Source: an uncultured Pseudomonadota bacterium (GTDB lineage Bacteria > Pseudomonadota > Alphaproteobacteria > Rs-D84). From it: a stretch of DNA of 64,000 nucleotides. This document shows, one piece after another, positions 46,862 through 54,739 of this stretch (its first letter is position 1; every line of letters starts with the position of its first letter). The position numbers and the translations under genes were made by a program. The stretch lies in assembly GCA_900320405.1 (NCBI GenBank), contig OOHM01000001.1:90209-154208 (forward strand), given 5' to 3'. The notes beneath the pieces were generated by a model. It searched no databases, was not told where the DNA came from, and worked only from the letters and a program-made list of their open reading frames with translations.

Positions 46862-47032
46862 ATGCCAAAAATTGACAAAAGATACGACCCAATCAATCGC
46901 AAAGACAAACCAAGTCTGGATGCAACGAAATCACAAGAAATGGCAAAGTTGAAGCGCAAATTGGAAGAGGCCGAGGCAAAATTAACGATTATAAACAAAC
47001 CGCGGAATATCGACGTTTGCAAGAAATTGTGA
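46862..47032 (+). CDS. Possible small coiled-coil protein upstream of lgt (reading frame may be disrupted)
   Basis: 56-aa ORF with RBS aaagga. The -1 frame continues as ...EYRRLQEIVIRLRATLTQMEKDLGR and stops 1 nt before the lgt ATG. Confidence 0.35.
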   Translation: MPKIDKRYDPINRKDKPSLDATKSQEMAKLKRKLEEAEAKLTIINKPRNIDVCKKL

Positions 47033-47082
47033 TAAGATTACGCGCAACATTAACACAAATGGAAAAGGATTTGGGACGATAG

Positions 47083-47883
47083 ATGCCAATTATTCTGAAC
47101 CCGATTTCACCCGTTGCGTTTACGGTCTTTGGACTGCCAATTCGTTGGTATGCGTTGGCATATATCGCGGCGTTTGTAATCGGGTATTTTTTGTTTCGCG
47201 CCTTTGCACGTCGCCGCGATAGTGGTCTAAATATGTCACGCCACGAATTGGACGATTTGTTTTCGTGGATAATATTGGGCGTAATAATCGGTGGACGGTT
47301 GGGGTATGTATTGTTTTATAATTTGCCATTCTTTTTGGCGCACCCGTTGGAGATATTCGCCGTATGGCACGGCGGTATGAGTTTTCATGGTGGGTTAATT
47401 GGTGTTGTTGCCGCAACATTTTTGTTCACGCGTTCATGGACGCGGGGGCTGCGCGTGTTGGATTTGATATCGGTTGCCGCGCCGATTGGTTTGTTCTTTG
47501 GACGCATTGCGAATTTTATAAATATGGAAATAATGGGTCGCCCAACGGATTCGCGCATCGGTGTATTCTTTAATGGCGTGTCCGATGTTCCCCGCCACGC
47601 CAGTCCACTGTACGAGGCCGCAACCGAAGGTTTATTGCTGTTTATAATAATGCTGTGTCTGTACCGTTATACAAAATTGCGCCGGTCCCCGGGTGCGCTG
47701 TGCGGTGCGATGGCGATGTTTTATGCGGTATTCCGTATTATCTGTGAACAATTCCGCGCACCCGACGCACAAATCGGTTTCCTGACCAGTTGGGGCCTGA
47801 CAATGGGAACACTGTTGTCGTCTATAATGTTCCTGGGCGGTGCTGGATTATTTTACTTTGCAATCAAAAATTCCAAAAAGTAA
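47083..47883 (+). CDS. lgt: Prolipoprotein diacylglyceryl transferase
   Basis: 266 aa. IRWYALAYI, WHGGMSFHGGLIG, GRIANFIN.E..GRPT. Confidence 0.92.
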   Translation: MPIILNPISPVAFTVFGLPIRWYALAYIAAFVIGYFLFRAFARRRDSGLNMSRHELDDLFSWIILGVIIGGRLGYVLFYNLPFFLAHPLEIFAVWHGGMSFHGGLIGVVAATFLFTRSWTRGLRVLDLISVAAPIGLFFGRIANFINMEIMGRPTDSRIGVFFNGVSDVPRHASPLYEAATEGLLLFIIMLCLYRYTKLRRSPGALCGAMAMFYAVFRIICEQFRAPDAQIGFLTSWGLTMGTLLSSIMFLGGAGLFYFAIKNSKK

Positions 47884-47945
47884 TATTTTTATAAAAAATT
47901 GCTTGATTTTATTGTTTTGGCGGTATATTATACCGTCACGGCATT

Positions 47946-48022
47946 GGGGTGTTAGCTCAGCTGGTTAGAGCGTCTGCCTGTCACGCAGAAGGTCGAGGGT
48001 TCGAGCCCCTTACATCCCGCCA
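47946..48022 (+). tRNA. tRNA-Asp (anticodon GUC)
   Basis: GGGGTGTTAGCTCAGCTGGTTAGAGCG...CCTGTCACGCAG...GGTTCGAGCCCCTTACATCCCGCCA. Confidence 0.93.
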
Positions 48023-48041
48023 CTTTTTTTGTGTTGGTTTC

Positions 48042-48116
48042 GGCCCCATCGTCTAATGGTTAGGACACCGCCCTTTCAAGGCGAGAATCCCGGTTCAAAT
48101 CCGAGTGGGGCTGCCA
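48042..48116 (+). tRNA. tRNA-Glu (anticodon UUC)
   Basis: GGCCCCATCGTCTAATGGTTAGGACACCGCCCTTTCAAGGCGAGAATCCCGGTTCAAATCCGAGTGGGGCTGCCA. Confidence 0.93.
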
Positions 48117-48122
48117 AGAATC

Positions 48123-48151
48123 AAAAAACACCACCTTGTGTGGTGTTTTTT
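48123..48151 (+). terminator. Terminator after the tRNA-Asp/Glu pair
   Basis: acaccac-cttgt-gtggtgt followed by T5. Confidence 0.75.
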
Positions 48152-48269
48152 AATTCTTTTGATATCCCGTCGGATTGGAACCGCGGTTCACAATGAGTAG
48201 CAGAGCGACAAAGTCGCGATGCGTCAGGAATGCCGCGCAGTCGCGGCGCATTTATGCGACGGACGAGCG

Positions 48270-48290
48270 AAATCCGAGTGGGGCTGCCAA
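48270..48290 (+). repeat. Perfect 21-nt direct repeat of the tRNA-Glu 3' end (48097-48117)
   Basis: aaatccgagtggggctgccaa occurs twice, and again followed by a hairpin (atacccgaatgggtat + T-run). Confidence 0.9.
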
Positions 48291-48525
48291 AAATTAAAAA
48301 TACCCGAATGGGTATTTTTTATTTTTGGTTAAAAAGCCCCCACGAGGATTGCGCAAGAGTGTCAACGGCACGACAAGTGCCGTTTGAAAACGCAGTTTTC
48401 GTGGGCAGTCGCCCACATAGACATGCATGGTGAAAACGCAGACGAACAATTAGCAAACCCGCAAAAACGGATATGTTTAATAGAGTTTTTGCACCTGGGT
48501 TTGATTATTGTTTGTCAAGGAAGCG

Positions 48526-48538
48526 GTGGGGCTGCCAA
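48526..48538 (+). repeat. Third, shorter copy of the tRNA-Glu 3' end
   Basis: gtggggctgccaa followed by aaataaaagaccaccgttttggtagtcttttt. Confidence 0.75.
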
Positions 48539-48567
48539 AATAAAAGACCACCGTTTTGGTAGTCTTT

Positions 48568-48819
48568 TTATTTTTTCCATCTTTTTAATGTCGGATATAT
48601 TTTTTGACAATATTCACGCATTTGATCACCAGTCATGTTTGCCTGATATGCGAACGGAACCATCATTTCGATGTATTCTTCCATAGTTGCTTGTTGAAGG
48701 AATTGACCATCTTTATAGCAATAAATACAATAATCTGAATTTTTAGAACCGTCTTTGTTTGTTCCAAATACAGATTCACCGTTCATCGGCATAGCACAGC
48801 TTTGACATATTTTTTGCAT
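48568..48819 (-). CDS. Zinc-ribbon domain protein (83 aa)
   Basis: MQKICQSCAMPM...SDYCIYCY (CxxC...CxxC). TTGCAA-16-TATAAT promoter-like hexamers upstream. Confidence 0.7.
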   Translation of the reverse strand: MQKICQSCAMPMNGESVFGTNKDGSKNSDYCIYCYKDGQFLQQATMEEYIEMMVPFAYQANMTGDQMREYCQKIYPTLKRWKK

Positions 48820-48885
48820 GAAACTTCCTTTGTTTATACAGACATTATATCAAGACTTATTGCAGTTGCAAGTTGTAACAACATC

Positions 48886-48959
48886 TTAACATCTTTCCCG
48901 AACAACAACAAATCATAGATAGTATCATCTCGTGAATTGCACAGATGGCCCTGCCAAAA
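48886..48959 (+). repeat. 74-nt array unit A (18-nt box + 26-nt variable part + 30-nt box)
   Basis: ttaacatctttcccgaac - N26 - tcgtgaattgcacagatggccctgccaaaa. Confidence 0.85.
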
Positions 48960-49037
48960 TAAAAAGACCACCATTTCACACATTTACGAACTATTAAAAA
49001 GAAAGGTTAGAAATCCAACCTTTTACTTTGTTCGTAT

Positions 49038-49826
49038 TTATCTTTGCAGTTTGTTATCAGGACGAATATTCTGTATATCCTGATTTAACTTATATACACC
49101 TGAACCTGGTTTAGATATAATTTCTGTCATAATCTGCTTGTCTCCATCTGATTGAATCATAATAGCAGCAGGTTCATCAACACCATACCCAAATTTAGAT
49201 TCTCTGACCAACATTTTTTTGACAACATCTTTGGAAGTGGCTTCTTTATCTATGCCTTTTTCTGGTTTTTTGTTCCAATGTGGGCAGAAATAACCTTTTA
49301 CAAAGCCCAAAGCACGTTTAGTTGTAAATGTTGCTTCTGTGCCATCAAAATCTTCATCTTCACCATTATCATAATATTCAAACCAAACACAACCACCCGC
49401 ACTATTACCAGACATAATAATACCCTTATCGTATGCTTCTTGTAATATTTTATCTGTGCCAGAATCTTTTAGTGCCTTCATCAAACGTGTTACATTGCCA
49501 CCACCGACATAAACAATGTCTGCGTCCATAATCAATTCACGAATTTGTTCGGTACTTGGTCTTTGTGCCAAATCTGTCAGAATCAGATTTTTAGCAATAC
49601 ACCCCAGACGGCCTTCGAACACATCTCTAACAGCGGGAAAATAAGTAGGCTTATCATTGCTAGCCGCACCAATAAAAACTAATACGGGATGTTCTTTACC
49701 AGTTAATTTAACAATTTTTCTATCGGATTGTTCGGTATCCCAAGGTTTTTGTTCACGATGACCATCTTCGTGAATTTTGATTCTGCCCATTTCGCCACCA
49801 CCAATCGCAATTATCGTTTTTATCAT
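49038..49826 (-). CDS. Peptidase S51 (dipeptidase E / cyanophycinase-like) family protein
   Basis: 262 aa. IIAIGGGE N-terminus, VGGGNVTRL and SGNSAGG nucleophile context. Confidence 0.78.
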   Translation of the reverse strand: MIKTIIAIGGGEMGRIKIHEDGHREQKPWDTEQSDRKIVKLTGKEHPVLVFIGAASNDKPTYFPAVRDVFEGRLGCIAKNLILTDLAQRPSTEQIRELIMDADIVYVGGGNVTRLMKALKDSGTDKILQEAYDKGIIMSGNSAGGCVWFEYYDNGEDEDFDGTEATFTTKRALGFVKGYFCPHWNKKPEKGIDKEATSKDVVKKMLVRESKFGYGVDEPAAIMIQSDGDKQIMTEIISKPGSGVYKLNQDIQNIRPDNKLQR

Positions 49827-49899
49827 TTTTCGCCTCTTGCTAATGCGATATTATACTGCAACATTTTATAGTAAAAATCAAACTTTATTCAAAAACAAC

Positions 49900-49973
49900 T
49901 TAACATCTTTCCCGAACCGCAACAGGTCGCGTGTAAAATCAACTTGTGAATTGCACAGATGGCCCTGCCAAAA
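49900..49973 (+). repeat. 74-nt array unit B
   Basis: The 18-nt box is identical to unit A. The 30-nt box differs at one position. The 26-nt centre is unrelated. Confidence 0.85.
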
Positions 49974-50005
49974 ATCAAGACACCGCATAAGGCGGTGTTT
50001 TTTAT

Positions 50006-50374
50006 TTAATCTGCGCAACTATATGAATATGCTTCTGGCATTCTATATAAATTATTTGTTACGGCATCAACAAATATGGGTATTATACCAAAAAATATGC
50101 CTGGAATTATATCTAAAAATACCGCACCAGAATTTAACTCGCGTTCGACATTAACTTGAGAACAATTTGCATTTTTGGTCTGAATAGAAATATGTTCTTT
50201 AGAATATATACTGATATTATTGTTTGGTTTAACTTTGTATATGCCACTATCAGATGTAACAGTTATCGTATCATCCGAATTATTGTAAACCATAGTTTTA
50301 TGATTACTACCGATTCCAATAGCCCCACAGGCTGATAGTGCTAACATAGATATTAATACCAAAATCTTTTTCAT
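50006..50374 (-). CDS. Small lipoprotein (122 aa)
   Basis: MKKILVLISMLALSAC lipobox. C-terminal hydrophobic stretch FLDIIPGIFFGIIPIFV. Confidence 0.65.
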   Translation of the reverse strand: MKKILVLISMLALSACGAIGIGSNHKTMVYNNSDDTITVTSDSGIYKVKPNNNISIYSKEHISIQTKNANCSQVNVERELNSGAVFLDIIPGIFFGIIPIFVDAVTNNLYRMPEAYSYSCAD

Positions 50375-50430
50375 TTTTTATCCTTTTGATTATATTAATA
50401 GTTTATAATATTATCTGTCAGGTTCCAACA

Positions 50431-51213
50431 CTAATCCAACACTCTATCTTTGCCCAACATATCTTTTATCTTTTCGACGTGTTCGGCTTGTGTATCTGTA
50501 TTATTTCCATTATCAACAGCAGATTTTAAGATTTTCACAATTTCCCGTTTGTCTGTATATTCTGCTTCGTCATTGTCAAAAATAATATCCAAAACATCAC
50601 CCAATCTGTGCGGTTTTATCACAAATGTTCCGTCTGGTATAAAATTGATATCTCTTAATTCGCTATCACCATAAAAAACGACCACAGAATAAAATGGTAA
50701 ATTAGCAAATTGTTTTGATTGTTTTTGTAATACTTTTATATGTGATTCATTTTGTAACACAGGGTTATAAAAACGATAAGTATGTTTTTTGCGGTGATAT
50801 TTATCATAGAAACTTTGTGTCCACTTTGTATCTTTTGCACGACCAAAAATCCATCCAGAATAGTCTTTAACTTCAAAAACTATCAAACCGACTTTTGTTG
50901 CAACAACTATATCTATTTGGGTTGATTTGTTTTCACCATTTTTCAGCATCAAATCATGAAAAATTGCCTTTGGCGAAATACCGTAATCCAGCAAAGAACC
51001 TATTAAATCGCGTTCTGATTGCGTTCCGCGTTCTTCTGATGTTATCTCATCAAGTCTATTATCATGAGTCTTTTGATAAACTACATTATCTCTCCGATAA
51101 ACATTGTTATACGTATAATTGTATACGTGTCGCTTCTTACCGTGGTAATTAATTCCAAGTAAAGCACCTAAAATAATAAATATTAACTTGAATATTAATT
51201 TGATTATTCTCAT
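50431..51213 (-). CDS. NERD (nuclease-related domain) protein with an N-terminal membrane anchor
   Basis: 260 aa. IDIVVATKVGLIVFEVKDYSG...NPVLQNESH pattern of NERD domains. N-terminal IIKLIFKLIFIILGALLG. Confidence 0.78.
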   Translation of the reverse strand: MRIIKLIFKLIFIILGALLGINYHGKKRHVYNYTYNNVYRRDNVVYQKTHDNRLDEITSEERGTQSERDLIGSLLDYGISPKAIFHDLMLKNGENKSTQIDIVVATKVGLIVFEVKDYSGWIFGRAKDTKWTQSFYDKYHRKKHTYRFYNPVLQNESHIKVLQKQSKQFANLPFYSVVVFYGDSELRDINFIPDGTFVIKPHRLGDVLDIIFDNDEAEYTDKREIVKILKSAVDNGNNTDTQAEHVEKIKDMLGKDRVLD

Positions 51214-51285
51214 AACAAAAACAATCCTATCAAAAAACTCCTAAATTTCAAATATATTTATTGTTTAAAATCTATCAAAAATATG

Positions 51286-51358
51286 TTTGCTTCTTTCTGA
51301 AACAATAACAAATCATGTATCTTATCTGTTTGTGAATTATTTAATTTGTCCCGGAAGT
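51286..51358 (+). repeat. Degenerate array unit C
   Basis: tttgcttctttctgaaac...aacaaatcat...ttgtgaatta... aligns with unit A but has many substitutions. Confidence 0.55.
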
Positions 51359-51367
51359 GTAAAGCAA

Positions 51368-51916
51368 TTATCTCTTTGGTTTATAAACGGTATGACCATG
51401 TGCCACATAATCTTTTAAAACTTGTTCGCCCGCATCCGTTTCAATTTGTCCATAAACGGTTATGCCACGTTTTTTGAATTCGTTATACCAGTTTTGTTTG
51501 AAACCTTCGTCAAATCCGGTGATTTTTGTGACACGTTCAGATGGAACCCCGTAATAAATCGCCTTTATCCCGGACCACATAATTGCCCCCAGGCACATCA
51601 TACACGGTTCAGATGTCACATATATACTTAAATTATACGGCGATAAATCATAATTCCCCAATTTCTTTTCCGCTAACTTTATCGCGTTTATTTCGGCGTG
51701 ATTATTACTGCAAGATTTATCCACGACATTATTGGCGGCCTTGGCGACAAGATTGCCGTTTGAATCATAAACAGCGGCCAAAAACGGCCCATAACCTTTG
51801 TCGATATATTTTTTTAATTCTTGTTGTAAATCCAGGATAATTTTACCGGCCCTAATCAGTTTTAGATTATCAATCTTTTCATTGGCAATCACAGATGTTT
51901 TCATATTTTTTTGCAT
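51368..51916 (-). CDS. CDA-fold nucleoside/nucleobase deaminase (guanine-deaminase-like)
   Basis: Start at ATG 51916 (RBS aaggaaa). HAEINAI and PCMMCLGAI zinc motifs. GFDEGF region as in GuaD-type enzymes. Confidence 0.82.
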   Translation of the reverse strand: MQKNMKTSVIANEKIDNLKLIRAGKIILDLQQELKKYIDKGYGPFLAAVYDSNGNLVAKAANNVVDKSCSNNHAEINAIKLAEKKLGNYDLSPYNLSIYVTSEPCMMCLGAIMWSGIKAIYYGVPSERVTKITGFDEGFKQNWYNEFKKRGITVYGQIETDAGEQVLKDYVAHGHTVYKPKR

Positions 51917-51980
51917 GTCGTTTCCTTTTGGGGAAAGTATGACATAATTTGTAATAAATTGCAAAACCTGTCTAAAAAAT

Positions 51981-52050
51981 TTAACATCTTTCCCGAACCG
52001 CAATAATTTGCGTATATCATCATCTCGTGAAATGCTTATGTTATTCTGTT
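51981..52050 (+). repeat. Array unit D (18-nt box intact, 3' box decayed)
   Basis: ttaacatctttcccgaac - N26 - tcgtgaaatgcttatgttattctgttaaa, followed by hairpin accaccaaatggtggt. Confidence 0.75.
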
Positions 52051-52083
52051 AAATAAAACGACCACCAAATGGTGGTTGTTTGA

Positions 52084-52410
52084 TTATTTGCTTTTGTTCT
52101 TTCGTCCGAACAATTCTTGGCGACGGGCCTCGCATGCTGATACAAATGCCCTATAATCTTGCGGTTTCATAAAAAACTGAAAATTTTCGGTACCGTCGTT
52201 TGCAATCGTATAGACAAACCGGGAAGAATAAACCGCATAACTGTTGTCGATACTCCATTTGATTGGGTGTTTGGTGGATGTCTGGAATTCTTCTGGGTCA
52301 ACCTGTTTTGCCACAGTCGCATTTGGAATCAAATTCATCAAATTTTGAACATTTAATTTGTATGTTTCTTGTTTTTCTTTTTCAATTTTATATGGTGTTG
52401 GTCTTTTCAT
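52084..52410 (-). CDS. Hypothetical protein (108 aa), last gene of the array
   Basis: Clean ORF, same strand as the other array genes. No motif recognised. Confidence 0.5.
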   Translation of the reverse strand: MKRPTPYKIEKEKQETYKLNVQNLMNLIPNATVAKQVDPEEFQTSTKHPIKWSIDNSYAVYSSRFVYTIANDGTENFQFFMKPQDYRAFVSACEARRQELFGRKNKSK

Positions 52411-52553
52411 TTTTTTACCCTTTATTGCGCGTATTTTAGCAATTTAAACGCCTTTGTCAATTATTGCATATTGATTTTTATCGCGTTTTGTGATACAATG
52501 CGACCATTCAACTGGTGGCGTTTTGCCGCCGTTTTTTATTTGTGGGGAAAATT

Positions 52554-53054
52554 ATGAAATTCAGCAATAACGGAATCGAATTATTAAAACAATTAGAAGG
52601 CTGTGTCAAAAAAGGTGACAAACACATTGTCTATGACGATAAAACCGGCCGGCCCGTGGATATCAACGCGCCATTGCCACACGGGGCAACGATTGGCTAT
52701 GGACATTTAATAAAACCGGGCGAAAATTTTTCCGGTGGCATTACCGAACGCGTCGCAACCGAATTATTGCGCGCGGATATCGCGATTGCGGAACGCGCAG
52801 TTCAAAATAACATTACGGTGCCACTGATGCAAAACCAATACGATGCATTGGTGATTTTTGCATATAACATTGGTGCAAATAACTTTGCGAAATCCACGGT
52901 TATAAAATACATCAACAACCCAAATTTCCACAGTTCAATATACCCAAGCCTGGAATCGGCGTGGCGCGCGTGGAATAAATCGGGTGGTCGCGCAATGGGT
53001 GGATTGTCGCGGCGCAGAAACGCGGAATTGCATCTGTTCGTGTATGGGGTTTGA
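52554..53054 (+). CDS. Phage-type lysozyme (GH24-like)
   Basis: Start at ATG 52554. LLKQLEGC...VYDD..G....GYGHLI... and YDALVIFAYNIG are typical of T4/lambda-type lysozymes. Confidence 0.82.
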   Translation: MKFSNNGIELLKQLEGCVKKGDKHIVYDDKTGRPVDINAPLPHGATIGYGHLIKPGENFSGGITERVATELLRADIAIAERAVQNNITVPLMQNQYDALVIFAYNIGANNFAKSTVIKYINNPNFHSSIYPSLESAWRAWNKSGGRAMGGLSRRRNAELHLFVYGV

Positions 53055-53085
53055 CATATTCTGTGTGTGTGGTATAATTTATGCT

Positions 53086-53202
53086 ATGAAGAAAATTTTA
53101 TTATTTTTAATATGTGTTTCAACTTTGGCGATGGCGGGTTGTGGGGTAAAATCGGGCCTAACGCGGCCGGATGGACCGTTGCGCGATTACCCGGTGTATT
53201 AA
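53086..53202 (+). CDS. Small lipoprotein (38 aa)
   Basis: MKKILLFLICVSTLAMAGCGVKSGL lipobox. Missing from the ORF track as a separate start. Confidence 0.5.
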   Translation: MKKILLFLICVSTLAMAGCGVKSGLTRPDGPLRDYPVY

Positions 53203-53203
53203 A

Positions 53204-54610
53204 ATGGTGATGCGGTCATCGATTTTTCTGCGTAAAAATCCAACCGGACCGGACGGTGTTGGTGATGTTGTTCCGGTTGATGCGATTCCACGTGACGATG
53301 TGTGCACCGTCTATATCCCCGGTAATGGAATCAAGACATCGCCCCAGGCGGAAAAACTGGGCGGTATTGTATCAAATGAAGTTTTTGGAAATATAACAAA
53401 TGTCGCGAACTATGTTGTTGTTTATAATCCGTTGGATTTGGATGACGATGTGGCGGAACGCGCAATTCAAATTGATCGGCGTGGCGGAAACTTTGTCCCG
53501 CGATTGAACAATATTACCCATATTTATTTAACCGAAAAAAATCTGCGCGATGTATTTCGTCGTAAGATTGCGCCGGTATTAAGTGCCGGCGGAATAAGGT
53601 CTTTTGGCAAAATGCGTTTTGCGTTGGATGGCGATACAGAAATTATAATCGATGAATTTACAAAACTTCTGCGCGAACATATGGAAAAAATCGGCTTGGG
53701 GGAAAATGTTGGTGCGATGACACGACACGCGATTGCGAATATGCATCCATATAACGCGTATCGTCCAGAATATATAGAAAGTCTGTTTAACAAAATGATT
53801 TTGCCACGCATATCGGGCGATGATGGGGGACGCATCGATGCGAATATGGCGGCGCAAAATATCCGCAAAATGAATATACTAACGCATTGCCACGGCGCGT
53901 ATGTTGCCCAGATGATGGTGGAATTGGCCGAAACCAAAATGCGCAAGTTGGGATATGCGCCCGCCGAAGTTAACAAAATTTTGTCGCAATTATTGGTGGT
54001 GGCGTTTGCGCCCGCGTGCACGTTGGAAAAATCAAAGTGCCGATTTATCGGCTTTATGTCTTTGTCCGATTCTATGATTGATGGCGCGCACAACTGGGCC
54101 GAGGTTTTTGCGTGGAAAAATATGACCGATGAAAGGATGAAATTCAATCAATGGGCACCTGATTGGGAATGGAAATTGCCGCCTATGGTGTTGGCGCACA
54201 ATAACGTGGACACATTTGTTGTCAAACGCCGGTTTGAATATGATAACGAAATTGATGGTCCAAACAATACGGTTATTGGCGAACACAATAACCTGCATTA
54301 CTATCCGCGTTTTGCAACCGCGGACGGAAAATTATTGGCGACAATGGCGCGCAATGTGACATTATCTGGAATCCGGAATTCTTTGGCGCAAAGCGATGGA
54401 TTTACCCCGTTGCCGGATACGGCAAATTTGGTGTTGGACGGGCGACACGATGCGACTTTACGGCAAATATTTCAAAATATGACCGAAAGCGGCCGTGCAT
54501 TTATGGCGGATGTGTATAAATTTGCGATGGCAAACCTGCGGAAAATTCACCCCAGAAACAACGAAAACATCCGGGATATAAAATTAGATATCTCGCGCCG
54601 CGCGCAATAA
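53204..54610 (+). CDS. Hypothetical 468-aa protein, possible alpha/beta-hydrolase-like fold with a Cys nucleophile elbow
   Basis: VYIPGNG near the N-terminus and ILTHCHGAYVA (small-x-Cys-x-Gly), with later Asp and His candidates. No family recognised. Confidence 0.55.
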   Translation: MVMRSSIFLRKNPTGPDGVGDVVPVDAIPRDDVCTVYIPGNGIKTSPQAEKLGGIVSNEVFGNITNVANYVVVYNPLDLDDDVAERAIQIDRRGGNFVPRLNNITHIYLTEKNLRDVFRRKIAPVLSAGGIRSFGKMRFALDGDTEIIIDEFTKLLREHMEKIGLGENVGAMTRHAIANMHPYNAYRPEYIESLFNKMILPRISGDDGGRIDANMAAQNIRKMNILTHCHGAYVAQMMVELAETKMRKLGYAPAEVNKILSQLLVVAFAPACTLEKSKCRFIGFMSLSDSMIDGAHNWAEVFAWKNMTDERMKFNQWAPDWEWKLPPMVLAHNNVDTFVVKRRFEYDNEIDGPNNTVIGEHNNLHYYPRFATADGKLLATMARNVTLSGIRNSLAQSDGFTPLPDTANLVLDGRHDATLRQIFQNMTESGRAFMADVYKFAMANLRKIHPRNNENIRDIKLDISRRAQ

Positions 54611-54620
54611 CGAAAATTGG

Positions 54621-54705
54621 TGGTGGGCCCGGGGGGATTTGAACCCCCACAGGTTTCCCCAATGGAACCTAAATCCATCGCGTCTACCAATTTCGCCACG
54701 GGCCC
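54621..54705 (-). tRNA. tRNA-Leu (anticodon UAG), long variable arm
   Basis: Reverse complement is GGGCCCGTGGCGAAATTGGTAGACGCGATGGATTTAGGTTCCATTGGGGAAACCTGTGGGGGTTCAAATCCCCCCGGGCCCACCA. Confidence 0.93.
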
Positions 54706-54739
54706 AATTGCGTGCAAAATATGTTATGATAAAAAAGAC

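Noticed and set aside
46777-47022. N-terminal 82-aa extension of the BI-1 family ORF (track 46054..47022)
   Set aside because: The internal ATG at 46776 has a GGAG-type RBS and yields the normal family length. The extension overlaps the oppositely oriented small ORF and the promoter region.
48118-48290. tmRNA, or a second tRNA, in the GC-rich segment ending in ...GAGTGGGGCTGCCA
   Set aside because: Only the last 21 nt match tRNA-Glu. No acceptor 5' strand, D-arm or anticodon arm can be drawn. No tag-peptide reading frame ending in Ala-Ala-stop is present.
48886-52056. Integron attC sites or a CRISPR array as an explanation for the 74-nt units
   Set aside because: The 18-nt and 30-nt boxes are not inverted complements (only CATCT/AGATG pairs). 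No RYYYAAC...GTTRRRY pair frames them, and no intI-like gene is present. For CRISPR, the spacing is 1-1.4 kb and contains full genes, and there are no cas genes. The structure is kept as a finding of unknown type.
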